From an uncultured Ignavibacteria bacterium (lineage in GTDB: Bacteria > Zixibacteria > MSB-5A5 > UM-FILTER-46-8): a stretch of 64,000 nucleotides of DNA. The position numbers and the translations under genes were made by a program. This document shows, in pieces, positions 18,818 to 28,314 of the stretch (the first letter of the stretch is position 1; each line of letters opens with the position of its first letter). A model generated the notes under the pieces. That model did no database searches. It was not told the origin of the DNA and worked only from the letters and a program-made list of their open reading frames with translations. Where the stretch lies: NCBI GenBank assembly GCA_964563085.1, contig CAZLVS010000002.1, positions 64,091-128,090 on the forward strand. The letters run 5' to 3'.

Positions 18818-19798
18818 ATGGTGATGTCCCCGATTGAAAAGATTTCAGATCCCGTAGCGGATTACCTCGATTATTACCGCCTGAAAATGCGAGAGTATTT
18901 AGCTGAGGAAACTAATCTGATTTCCGCCGTAACCCAGCACATATTCTCTTCAACAGGTAAAATGATCAGGCCGATCACGCTTTTTCTTTCAGCATCCGCA
19001 TTGGGTTGCAGCGATAAAAATATGGTGGAACCGGCGATAGCTCTGGAGCTAATCCATACCGCCACCTTGATGCACGACGACGTTATCGACCAATCGAATT
19101 TCAGACGGGGAATAGAGACGGTTAATTACCAATGGAGTAACCTGGTAGCCGTTTTGATGGGGGACTATTTTTTCGCCAAAGCATTGAGAATACTGGTAAA
19201 CACCAAACAGCAAAGCTTGCTGGAAGCGGTCTCAACTGCCACCGAACGAGTAAGTGTCGGCGAACTGGCTCAGGTGCAAGAACTTAACAACACCTCCCTG
19301 ACGGAACAGGAATACATGGCGATAATATCCGACAAAACTGCATCGCTTTTTTCCTGCGCCGGGCAATGCGGCGGAATTGTCGCCGGTACAAACGGCGAGA
19401 TTCTTATGTCATTGTATGAATATGGCGAAAATCTGGGCATTGCCTTTCAGATAACCGATGATTTACTGGATTTTGTCGGCGAAGAAGAAAAGCTGGGTAA
19501 AGGCACCGGTAATGACTTGAAGGAAGGATGGTTTACGCTGCCGTTGTTATATTCGCTCAACAATTGTACTCCCGCAGCCGGTAAGGAGATAAGGGATATT
19601 TTAAACAATGGGTTTCGGGAAGAGCAATTCGATAAGATCCTTTTATTCGTCAATGAATCGGGAGGAATCGAATATTCCCGTAAACGCGCCGAAAATTTCA
19701 GGAACAAAGCGCTGGATGCCCTGGAGGGAATCGAAGATTCTATCTTTAAGGACGCGCTGATAAATTTGACCGATTTCACGGTCACCCGTGAAAAATGA
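18818..19798 (+). CDS. polyprenyl diphosphate synthase (trans-isoprenyl diphosphate synthase)
   Basis: First DDxxD LMHDDVIDQS and second FQITDDLLDF motifs. Start is ambiguous (TTG 18809, ATG 18818, ATG 18824). Confidence 0.8.
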   Translation: MVMSPIEKISDPVADYLDYYRLKMREYLAEETNLISAVTQHIFSSTGKMIRPITLFLSASALGCSDKNMVEPAIALELIHTATLMHDDVIDQSNFRRGIETVNYQWSNLVAVLMGDYFFAKALRILVNTKQQSLLEAVSTATERVSVGELAQVQELNNTSLTEQEYMAIISDKTASLFSCAGQCGGIVAGTNGEILMSLYEYGENLGIAFQITDDLLDFVGEEEKLGKGTGNDLKEGWFTLPLLYSLNNCTPAAGKEIRDILNNGFREEQFDKILLFVNESGGIEYSRKRAENFRNKALDALEGIEDSIFKDALINLTDFTVTREK

Positions 19799-19909
19799 TG
19801 CGCACATATCGTTGATTTCGAAAAAGTACCAATTTTTGCAGCCGAAGGTTCTCCTTCGGTTATGTTTTATCGGGGAACTCTTTCTGTATAGACAACTATA
19901 ATCTGACCT

Positions 19910-22048
19910 ATGGACAACTGGTATATACAGTTCGGAAACAGCTCATATCCTTATCTTTTTGCTCTGGCTTTTTTGCTTATTGCCCTTAGCGCATTTTACT
20001 ACCGCAGAACTATCCCGCAACTGTCATTCGGAATGAGAGTTTTCCTATTCGCTTTGAGATCACTTGCCATAATCCTGGTTATTATATTCCTTTGCTTTCC
20101 CTCCTTAATTTTGACCGAAACCAGAAGTACGGGGGATAAACTTGCAATCCTGATTGACCGTTCGGGAAGTATGGAATTCGAAGAACAAGCTCAATCGAGG
20201 CTAACGGAGGTCAAAAGCAGTCTCGAATCGAAGGTTTTACCGAAGCTCGATAAGGAAGCCCTGATTTACTCATTCTCCGATTCTATTCTCAATCACCGAA
20301 CGGTAGATGAAATCTCGCCGGATAGTAATTTAACCGCATTGGGGAACGCCATCAAGGCGCTCCGAAACTCGGATAATGCCCTGGATATCGGGGGAATTCT
20401 TATAGTCAGCGATGGTAATTCCAACCTTGGTTCCGATGCATTACGCGAAGCGCTTCGCGCCGACATACCGATCTCCGCAATCGGCGTGGGGGATACTATC
20501 CCGATTCCCGACATATCCGTTGAGGATATCAGGGCGCCGGAAATTGTCTACAGGGGCGAAGAGATAGATATCACTGCCATTCTGAAATCGGACATCGAAG
20601 ATGAGATCACGGCGAATCTCAGCTTGTACCAGGGAAAGAAACGGATTAAGACTCAAACCGTTATGCTGCCCGGAGGAGGCGCGGAGAAGGAAGTCGAGTT
20701 ATCGGTTGATGCCGATTCCGTAGGCCAGTTTAATTATCGATTATCAATCAGCAGCGATTTCAAAGAGCAGTTTACCAAGAATAACACCCGCTCTTTATCT
20801 ATTCAGGTTCTGAAAGACCGATTGAAAATCTTATTAATTGCTGAAAAACCGGGTTGGGAATACTCATTTTTAAAACGTGAATTGCTAACCAATGACAAGT
20901 ATCAGGTTTCTTCGTATGTTCCTGGTCCGGGAAACAGGATGATTGAATCGCCGGAAACCGTCGAACTGGATGCCTACGATTGCGTTATCCTGATCGGCTG
21001 CGGCGCTGAAACCTACAATCGATTCGGACGCGATATTGGTAATCTGTACGGCTCGGGCAATCTCAACGCTGCCTTTTTCCTGTCGCCCAATTCAGCCCAA
21101 AATCCTTTCCGGCGCATACTGAGACAGACTGAGCTTATATACGAAGGCGCTTCTCCGATCGCCCAAAACGGGCAGTTTATTCCCGATGTAGTTAACGAAA
21201 ATATCCCGGATCCGCTGCTCAGGCTCCCCGACGGAGAAAAGCACAATGAATTCGCGGATATGCCGCCGATTCAGTATCAAATCCTTATGCTCCAACCTGC
21301 CGAACAGTGGGATATCGTTATAAATGGACGCACCGAGGACGGCCGTATTTCGCCTCTACTAATGAAAAGCACAGCCTCAGGGAACAGGCTGACGGTTTTC
21401 AACGGGGGTCCGACCTGGAGATGGCATTTCTACATGAACCGCAAAGATGAACCGGACCGTAAATACAGTCACCTGATTAACAATATAGTTACCTGGCTGA
21501 CAGTTGCCGGGCAGACCAAACCAATCGATCTGAATACTGATAAACGCCTGTATATGTCAGGGGAGCAAGTTAAATTCCGGGGACGGGTTTTGGATGAGAA
21601 TTACAGACCTATCGATAGAAGCTCGATCCTCGTTAAACTTCGCGATGAATCCGGCAATGAGATAAGTTTCGAGCTTGCCAGGCTTGATGAAGGCAATTTC
21701 GAGGGCTCTCCATGGAGGCTAACTGCGGGTAGTTATAACTATCGAGCCTATGCCGTGGTGTCAGGGGATACGATAGAAACCCTTGACGGCGGTTTTCAGG
21801 TTGAGCAATTCAGTGAGGAGTATAGAACCGTAACAGCAAATCGCAAGTTACTCAGAGAGATCGCTGATGTAAGCGGCGGGATATACTGGGATATTGAGGA
21901 TGATGCTGAAAATCCGATCCCGTTGAAGCAAGACTCCATTACAGAGAAGAATCCGATTAATCTGGCATCGCTCCCTGCGGCGCTGATCGCAGCGCTGCTG
22001 CTGTTAGTAGTTGAATGGGCTGTTCGCAAAAGAAAACAGCTTCCGTAG
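19910..22048 (+). CDS. membrane protein with N-terminal TM helices, vWA domain and C-terminal TM anchor (BatA-like)
   Basis: N-terminal hydrophobic helices, LAILIDRSGSM MIDAS motif, C-terminal LPAALIAALLLLVVEWAVRKRK. Confidence 0.7.
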   Translation: MDNWYIQFGNSSYPYLFALAFLLIALSAFYYRRTIPQLSFGMRVFLFALRSLAIILVIIFLCFPSLILTETRSTGDKLAILIDRSGSMEFEEQAQSRLTEVKSSLESKVLPKLDKEALIYSFSDSILNHRTVDEISPDSNLTALGNAIKALRNSDNALDIGGILIVSDGNSNLGSDALREALRADIPISAIGVGDTIPIPDISVEDIRAPEIVYRGEEIDITAILKSDIEDEITANLSLYQGKKRIKTQTVMLPGGGAEKEVELSVDADSVGQFNYRLSISSDFKEQFTKNNTRSLSIQVLKDRLKILLIAEKPGWEYSFLKRELLTNDKYQVSSYVPGPGNRMIESPETVELDAYDCVILIGCGAETYNRFGRDIGNLYGSGNLNAAFFLSPNSAQNPFRRILRQTELIYEGASPIAQNGQFIPDVVNENIPDPLLRLPDGEKHNEFADMPPIQYQILMLQPAEQWDIVINGRTEDGRISPLLMKSTASGNRLTVFNGGPTWRWHFYMNRKDEPDRKYSHLINNIVTWLTVAGQTKPIDLNTDKRLYMSGEQVKFRGRVLDENYRPIDRSSILVKLRDESGNEISFELARLDEGNFEGSPWRLTAGSYNYRAYAVVSGDTIETLDGGFQVEQFSEEYRTVTANRKLLREIADVSGGIYWDIEDDAENPIPLKQDSITEKNPINLASLPAALIAALLLLVVEWAVRKRKQLP

Positions 22049-22086
22049 GAAATTCATATATCTTTAGATACAATAGGAGATTGGCA

Positions 22087-22638
22087 ATGAGTCTATCAGA
22101 AACAGATCGTAAAAACTGGACAGAGACTCTTAATCTGGAGTGGAGTGCAACTTATCGGTATAAAATGCAGTCCGCCATTTTCAATAATCCTCACTTAGTG
22201 GCGATAATAGACGGGATAATGAGGAACGAGGCTGATCATATCGATATCTCCAGCGACTTTCTGCTCGAGGATTTTAAAACCGATGTTAAGGGATTCCGCA
22301 CCGCTCTATTTTACCTTTATATGAACCTGGAATTTGAACGTTTCGCCAACGCAACCTACGCTAAATTCAGCAGGGAAACAGACGATGAAAACGTGAAAGC
22401 GAAATTCAAGGAACTGGTGAAATCGGAGGCAGGGCATACGAAAATCTTCAGAGAACTGATTAAAGCTATAGAAGAAGGAAAATTCCCGGTATTAGTAATA
22501 TGTCCGGTTTGCGGATGGGAACTAAACTATGGATCCTCTCCGGATGAAGGAGCTGTGGTAACCTGCGAGAAATGCAAGGTCGATTTTCGGCTGGTAGATA
22601 ATCATGGCGACTGGGATGTGGAGCGGGTAAAAAAGTAA
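22087..22638 (+). CDS. ferritin-like/rubrerythrin-like protein with C-terminal zinc-ribbon
   Basis: E..H motifs (EADHIDI, EAGHTKIF). CPVC...CEKC ribbon. ATG at 22087 with AGGAG RBS was chosen over the ORF-track start 22015, which overlaps the upstream gene. Confidence 0.65.
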   Translation: MSLSETDRKNWTETLNLEWSATYRYKMQSAIFNNPHLVAIIDGIMRNEADHIDISSDFLLEDFKTDVKGFRTALFYLYMNLEFERFANATYAKFSRETDDENVKAKFKELVKSEAGHTKIFRELIKAIEEGKFPVLVICPVCGWELNYGSSPDEGAVVTCEKCKVDFRLVDNHGDWDVERVKK

Positions 22639-22731
22639 AGCAGCCGGATTCCTTCCGGCTTGCGGGAAAGGAAACGCCCGCCGGGCAATCTCGATGTTCG
22701 GTTGTAGACATGTCGCGGCGCCTACTTCCAT

Positions 22732-24111
22732 TCACACATACCGGGTCATCGTGGACAAGTAGGTTATGGCATTATCACCGTACGAATCCTTGATCTTGTC
22801 CATCGTTTCGCAGACACGGCTGAGTTTGCTTTCGCCGCTGGAGCAGAAGATATCCTCCTGAAAGCTGTTGTAAGTATCCCTTAATTTCGACACGGAGATA
22901 CCAACCAGCCTGATGGAATCGGTCCTTTGCCTGTTTTCCTTCAGAAGCCTGACCGCTTGATGAAAAATCGCTGTATCGGAACGTACATATCCGCTGAGTG
23001 TTTTTGCCCTGGTGAATGTGGAAAAATCGGCATAACGGAATTTCAGCGTCACCCGCCGCGCTTCGAAGCCCGATTTGCGCATTCTCCTGCCGACACGTTC
23101 TGATAGCATCCGAAGGTTCGCCGTCAGGATTGCATCGGATGCAGTGTCTTTAGGCAGCGTGGTTTCATGACCAATCGATTTCTCGTTCGGCTTTTGATAG
23201 AATGGAGTCACCTCGGTGTCGCCGCCGCCGTTGGCGATCTCATGCAGCGCCAATCCGCACACGCCGAACAGTCTCTTGAGAAGACTCCTGTCGGTTTTCG
23301 CCAGTTCGCCGACTGTATAGATGCCCACTTTCGCTAATGCCTTGCCGGTCGCTTTGCCGATCCCCCAAACCGCTTCCACCGGAAGATGTTCCAGGAATGC
23401 AGACACTTTCTGAGGGAAAATCTCAGTTAAACCATCAGGCTTATCCATCCCCGATGATATTTTCGCAATCATCTTGTTGGGACCGATACCGGCGGAACAG
23501 GTCAAGCCGGTTTTTGCTCTTATGGCATCCTTGATTACATTTACCATATCAGCCGGGGAACCGTACCGCTGCCATATACCGGTTATGTCGATAAACGCTT
23601 CGTCAATCGAAAACGGTTCAACCGTGGGCGAAAACTGCTTGAGCAAACTGAGTATCTCAACGGAAACCCAGGTGTATTTATGACCATCTGTCTGCAAAAA
23701 GATTCCATGCGGACATAACCGATAAGCCTCCGCCGACTGCATCCCCGATTTGACGCCGTATACCCGCGCCTCGTAGGAACAGGTGGACACCACCCCCCGA
23801 TAGCCCGGCAGCCCGCCGATTATTACCGGTTTATTCCTCAGGGCTGGATTATGCTGCTGCTCTACCGCCGCGAAAAATGCATCCATATCAAGATGCACTA
23901 TGGTTTTGTAACCTTCCCATCGACCGGCAACCTTATCCGACACGCTCCGAGGTAATCTCCGCTCGGGAGGAAATTCATCCGCTTGCCTAATATCCCTTAT
24001 TGAATGCTCCCCTTGAATGACATGAGTTAACTGTCTCCCCTTGCCGAATGAGCCGTTTGACCCGAAGTGTCTGCGCTTAGAATCATTAGCGCTCATATTA
24101 CTCTGCAGCAT
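22732..24111 (-). CDS. dinB: Y-family DNA polymerase IV
   Basis: IVHLDMDAFFAAVEQ...PVIIGG core. About 65-aa N-terminal extension relative to typical DinB. Confidence 0.85.
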   Translation of the reverse strand: MLQSNMSANDSKRRHFGSNGSFGKGRQLTHVIQGEHSIRDIRQADEFPPERRLPRSVSDKVAGRWEGYKTIVHLDMDAFFAAVEQQHNPALRNKPVIIGGLPGYRGVVSTCSYEARVYGVKSGMQSAEAYRLCPHGIFLQTDGHKYTWVSVEILSLLKQFSPTVEPFSIDEAFIDITGIWQRYGSPADMVNVIKDAIRAKTGLTCSAGIGPNKMIAKISSGMDKPDGLTEIFPQKVSAFLEHLPVEAVWGIGKATGKALAKVGIYTVGELAKTDRSLLKRLFGVCGLALHEIANGGGDTEVTPFYQKPNEKSIGHETTLPKDTASDAILTANLRMLSERVGRRMRKSGFEARRVTLKFRYADFSTFTRAKTLSGYVRSDTAIFHQAVRLLKENRQRTDSIRLVGISVSKLRDTYNSFQEDIFCSSGESKLSRVCETMDKIKDSYGDNAITYLSTMTRYV

Positions 24112-24128
24112 TTCGCTTGATTCCTTTA

Positions 24129-24425
24129 TTACCTGGGCTTCTCAGCTCTTCCCCGCTCCGGCGGATCCACCCAGATCCTGTCCAGAGTCCAAGCCAACTG
24201 CTGGTCATCATAAGAAAGCTGCATGAAATTATCGCTTTCATCGATTACCGTGAAATGACGGATATTGAATCTTCCGTTCGAGGATTTCCACTTGCCGGTC
24301 ACCTGCATCACTTTCACCGGCTTATTGTTCCACTGGAATTTAATAGGGGTTATTTTGCCTTTGGTAAAAAGCGCGATAACGTTCACCGCTTCGTTAATGT
24401 CCTGGTACATGTCGCACCTCTGCAA
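24129..24425 (-). CDS. small hypothetical protein immediately upstream of dinB
   Basis: 98-aa ORF 17 bp upstream of dinB on the same strand. No recognisable motif. Confidence 0.4.
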   Translation of the reverse strand: MQRCDMYQDINEAVNVIALFTKGKITPIKFQWNNKPVKVMQVTGKWKSSNGRFNIRHFTVIDESDNFMQLSYDDQQLAWTLDRIWVDPPERGRAEKPR

Positions 24426-24571
24426 ATCTCATTGCACAACAGTTTATAGAATTTCTCCTGATCAATCTTTGAATGCTCTTATACTGAATCATTGCGAGCA
24501 AAGCGAAGCAATCTGTTTGGTTAGCGCTGTGAGATGCCAATTGCCGCACCTATTTCGCACTTCGGTTCCCT

Positions 24572-25123
24572 GTGTTAAATATACTGCACAAACAGGCAGC
24601 TGTCAATGTTTTTTATCGGAATTTTCACGAAATCATCCAATATCCACCGACTAATCATCTTGACAATAGTCCCACTTCGATTTTCCTTAATCCTATGCAA
24701 ATCATTGACCTGACCACATCATATCTTGATGATTTTATTCGGGATGGAAACAGGGCAGAATATGAGAATTCTTTTCCCGAGTTGATCAAATGGCTGGCGA
24801 TTAATGGAGCCGAAGCGCTCTGGGCGGATTATCTGGATGAGAATAAAGCCAGGAACTGGATAGATGAATGCGAAAGAGAAACTCAGAATCTCCTTAAGAT
24901 AATCCATGAAAACCGGCATGAAACGGAGCAGAAATTGGAGATTTTTTATACTTCAAATCCCGAGGATATTTATCAATTTCGTTCAGGTTACTATATTGGA
25001 TTGAAATTGATTGATGAATACTCCAAGCTGGGTGATTTTACAGCTGTGGATCTGCTAAAACTCCCGAGAAAGTATTTCGAATCCGGGATTTGCGATTTGA
25101 TTTCCAAAAACCTGAAGTTGTAA
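24572..25123 (+). CDS. hypothetical protein (true start possibly the internal Met near 24695)
   Basis: 183-aa ORF. TTGACA-like box at 24660. Confidence 0.5.
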   Translation: MLNILHKQAAVNVFYRNFHEIIQYPPTNHLDNSPTSIFLNPMQIIDLTTSYLDDFIRDGNRAEYENSFPELIKWLAINGAEALWADYLDENKARNWIDECERETQNLLKIIHENRHETEQKLEIFYTSNPEDIYQFRSGYYIGLKLIDEYSKLGDFTAVDLLKLPRKYFESGICDLISKNLKL

Positions 25124-25131
25124 TCGTTAGA

Positions 25132-26064
25132 TTAGTTAGGAATATTAGGTTTTCTATCCCACCATCTGTATATCTGAGGTCCCCAAAAATAGCAGATTAT
25201 AGCTAATAACCAGCCGGCGATTACATCAATAAGATAATGATAGCGAAGGTAAACGGTTGCCCAGAATAACCCCAGGGCAAATGGTAGAAAAAACAATGCG
25301 AATTTGCGTTCATACCTGATTGCAAACATGAGCGCAACCAATATGGCGGCATTGTGAAGGCTGGGAAAGCAATCCCGTTTGGTATATTCCCAATCATCGA
25401 GTTTTTGCCTGATTGTCTGTGACATCTCAGAGCCGCCGATTTGGTTGGTATAACTATCGCTGATTACATACCGGGGTCCGACTGCCGGCGTTATTACATA
25501 TCCGATGTACCCGAGAAAAAAACTCAAGAACACCGCAGCCGATAATTTTCGGAAAATCCCATAATTTCCCCTGACGTAAAACAGAATCGCCAGGACCGGG
25601 GGGAAAAAGTAGTACGCAGCATAAGAAATTGTGGAGAAGGTTATAAGCGGTTCAAACATATATTCCTGCAAGAAAACCGAAAGCTGCATGCCGAACAAAT
25701 ACTGGTCAATCGCAAGTAAAATATGATCTGCATCCTTCGGATTTAAGGCTTGGATTAAAACCGGCAGATTGGAATAGATAACGAGAATGTAGAATAAAGG
25801 AGCGAAATCCCGAATGGTTTTCAAATAACTATTCGCTTCGCTGTATGCCGGTTTGTATAGAAAAAAAGCAATTAGCACGAAGGCAATTAACAGGCTGATT
25901 TTCTCCGGATCACCAAATAGTCTTGATGTCTGCCCTAATCGGAGTAAATTGAAGAGAATCGGAATCATAAAAACCAGACTGGCAGCTTCCTCGAAGCGTA
26001 GTCGGTATCTCCTGTCAGTTTTATCTCCTGCAGCCTTGTCGAACTTATTCGCCATCCTATTCAT
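25132..26064 (-). CDS. PAP2-superfamily integral membrane phosphatase
   Basis: Multi-TM. PAP2 motifs PSLHNA and RYHYLIDVIAG. Confidence 0.75.
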   Translation of the reverse strand: MNRMANKFDKAAGDKTDRRYRLRFEEAASLVFMIPILFNLLRLGQTSRLFGDPEKISLLIAFVLIAFFLYKPAYSEANSYLKTIRDFAPLFYILVIYSNLPVLIQALNPKDADHILLAIDQYLFGMQLSVFLQEYMFEPLITFSTISYAAYYFFPPVLAILFYVRGNYGIFRKLSAAVFLSFFLGYIGYVITPAVGPRYVISDSYTNQIGGSEMSQTIRQKLDDWEYTKRDCFPSLHNAAILVALMFAIRYERKFALFFLPFALGLFWATVYLRYHYLIDVIAGWLLAIICYFWGPQIYRWWDRKPNIPN

Positions 26065-26069
26065 ATTAG

Positions 26070-26235
26070 CCTGTATTATTCACCAATTTGGTTATTGGTT
26101 GCGGAAGCCTTGCGCTTCCGGCGTTTCTTTGAAATACTCAATTTCAATCTGCAAACGATCTACCTCTATTGAACCCCCGAAGGACAAACCTTCGGCTACG
26201 GATTATTCGGTTTTATGAATTCTCCGGGTTAGTTG
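26070..26235 (+). repeat. MITE-like intergenic repeat, family A copy 1
   Basis: CCTGTATTATTCACCAATTT...GCGGAAGCCTTGCGCTTCCGG...CCCGAAGGACAAACCTTCGG...TTTATGAATTCTCCGGGTTAG, shared with 39060, 46228, 59020 and 62435. Confidence 0.7.
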
Positions 26236-26315
26236 ATTTACTTATCGAATTGTATAATTATGGCATATATCTATCCAATAAGCGACTTTTTATTAATACT
26301 ATAAACAAAGTATCT

Positions 26316-26344
26316 TGACAAATTTGGTATATAATGCTATTATG
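26316..26344 (+). promoter_or_regulatory. sigma-70-like promoter TTGACA-N17-TATTAT upstream of the 26569 gene
   Basis: TTGACAaatttggtatataatgcTATTAT. Confidence 0.35.
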
Positions 26345-26568
26345 TAATTCAATCATATTTTCTACTGATTCATTGCCATTTCAATACGAGACTTCGAGAG
26401 CAGACAGCGATGGTTTATTTACACCATTTATTGGTTAGAAAACAATATTAATGAGTAACAAATTTTAATCTTCAAAATAGGATTGGAGGTGATATACAAT
26501 AAATACTCCTATTAGCATCTGGTGCTGTTATTAACTATATGTCGAATTCTAATTGAAGGAGAAAAGGA

Positions 26569-27972
26569 ATGTCAAAAAAAGTTTTGCTCATTCTCACCAT
26601 CTGTATTTTTACGTTGACGGCTTCTAATGTGCTTGCGGTGCAAAGAATGCCGGTGGGGGAATTATTCACCAACACATCATGCGGACCATGTTATAACGCC
26701 AACATAGCGCTTGACGGCATTGTTGAAGACCATTGGGATGAATTGCTGGTAGTTAGATATCACACCTGGTGGCCCTCATCCGGCGATCCTTTTTATCAAC
26801 ACAACGTTGCCGAAAACCAGACTCGAACCAACTATTATGGAGCCGATTATGTTCCTCATTTCTGGGTTGACGGAGTGGATAGAGGTTCGGGATATAGTGG
26901 ATGGGCATCCTATATTCAAGGTCGAATGGGGGTTTCCTCTCCCTTGGAGATGAGTATCGATGGTTCCTATGATCAGGACACAAGAGAAGTGGATATCACC
27001 ATCAATGTCAATGCGGTTGATGATCCCGGCATAAGCCTGCGTATCTTCTACGGCATCGCAGAAGATAGTATATATTTTAATGCGCCAAATAACTTGGATT
27101 GGCATCATCAGACATTCAGAGACTTTTTGACCTCCGCCTCGGGCGATCCTGTTACTTACGAGCAAGGTGAATCATATTCATACAGCGAGACATTCACATT
27201 GAACAACTCCTATGATTGGGAACAGACATTCATTTTCGCCTTCGTACAAGACTATGCCCACAGGGATATAAAGCAGGGAGCGAAAGCGTACCTGAAGGAT
27301 ATGTTCAGCTCGGTGGCGATCGACATGATCCCCGATGATGATCCGGTTATCGTCAATCCCGGCGGTCATTTCACGTATACAGGTGTTCTGACCAACAATG
27401 AAAACTTGTTCCAATGGGTAGATGTCTGGGTCATGATCGATGTTCCCGGCTATGGAATGTACCGTCCGGTGATGAGAGTAAACAATGTGTTCATGAATCC
27501 CTATGAAACCTTGACGGTACCGAATATTCGACAAAACGTTCCCAACATTGCGCCTGCGGGAGATTACAATTATATGGCTTATTGTGGGGACTTTGACACC
27601 AATGTAATAGATGAGGCTGCTTTCCCATTCACGGTGGCTGCGGGCCGAAGCGGCGATGCTGATAGCTGGAATGCCGAGGGCTGGTCAGATGGATTAGGTA
27701 ATGTCGTATCCGAAGCAATAATCACCAACGCTTATCCTAATCCGTTCAATGCCTCCACACAGATATCGTTCAATCTCGTCGATGAATCAAAAGTCACTCT
27801 GGAAGTATTCGACCTGATGGGTCGCAAAGTATCAACTTTAGCCAATGGCTCTTATTCTGCCGGTAATCATAATGTTAATTGGGACGCTTCTCAGTATGCC
27901 AGCGGAGTATACTTCTATAAATTATCCACCGATAATGAGACCATTACAAAGAGAATCACCTTGGTGAAGTAG
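26569..27972 (+). CDS. secreted protein with N-terminal CGPC (thioredoxin-like motif) domain, conserved pre-CTD module and T9SS sorting domain
   Basis: Signal peptide. SCGPCYN. Module MIPDDDPVIVNPGGHF. CTD AYPNPFNASTQISFNL...GVYFYKL...KRITLVK. Confidence 0.8.
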   Translation: MSKKVLLILTICIFTLTASNVLAVQRMPVGELFTNTSCGPCYNANIALDGIVEDHWDELLVVRYHTWWPSSGDPFYQHNVAENQTRTNYYGADYVPHFWVDGVDRGSGYSGWASYIQGRMGVSSPLEMSIDGSYDQDTREVDITINVNAVDDPGISLRIFYGIAEDSIYFNAPNNLDWHHQTFRDFLTSASGDPVTYEQGESYSYSETFTLNNSYDWEQTFIFAFVQDYAHRDIKQGAKAYLKDMFSSVAIDMIPDDDPVIVNPGGHFTYTGVLTNNENLFQWVDVWVMIDVPGYGMYRPVMRVNNVFMNPYETLTVPNIRQNVPNIAPAGDYNYMAYCGDFDTNVIDEAAFPFTVAAGRSGDADSWNAEGWSDGLGNVVSEAIITNAYPNPFNASTQISFNLVDESKVTLEVFDLMGRKVSTLANGSYSAGNHNVNWDASQYASGVYFYKLSTDNETITKRITLVK

Positions 27973-28002
27973 CCATTACTTGTTAGCTTTTGCTTATTAT
28001 AT

Positions 28003-28036
28003 GAATGTCCGAACCCTTAGGATTCGGACATTCTTC
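28003..28036 (+). terminator. intrinsic terminator
   Basis: AATGTCCGAA-CCCTTAGG-ATTCGGACATTCTTCT. Confidence 0.55.
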
Positions 28037-28252
28037 TATAAGCTAAACATGCTTACCCTTGCTAAGAGCGGAATATTTGGTTGAGGAAAATAGTATTCCT
28101 CAAGAGGATGTCAGGCTAAGAGTGGATTTGATCCACTAAGGTCCGACCGAATGCGCCGTACGGGCGTGTACGGCGCCGCATCCGGATCACCCATAGCGGG
28201 TCATAAGGTACAATCATCCGAATTGTCAATTCAGTGCATTTGATTAAGCAAT

Positions 28253-28310
28253 CCTCGGTGTTCTCTCTTACGGCGGTGTTCTCTCTTACGGCGGTGTTCT
28301 ATCCTACAAC
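28253..28310. repeat. 18-bp tandem repeat x3 (GGTGTTCTCTCTTACGGC)
   Basis: Three consecutive copies, the third slightly diverged. Confidence 0.7.
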
Positions 28311-28314
28311 CGTC

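Noticed and set aside
22015-22086. Upstream extension of the ferritin-like ORF
   Set aside because: It overlaps the end of the preceding gene. ATG at 22087 has an AGGAG RBS.
25070-25092. tRNA-like TTCGAATCC T-loop motif
   Set aside because: It lies inside a CDS and lacks the preceding GG or an acceptor/anticodon arm. No tRNA cloverleaf could be built here or elsewhere in the window.
28253-28310. CRISPR array
   Set aside because: Only three 18-bp direct repeats, directly abutting with no spacers.
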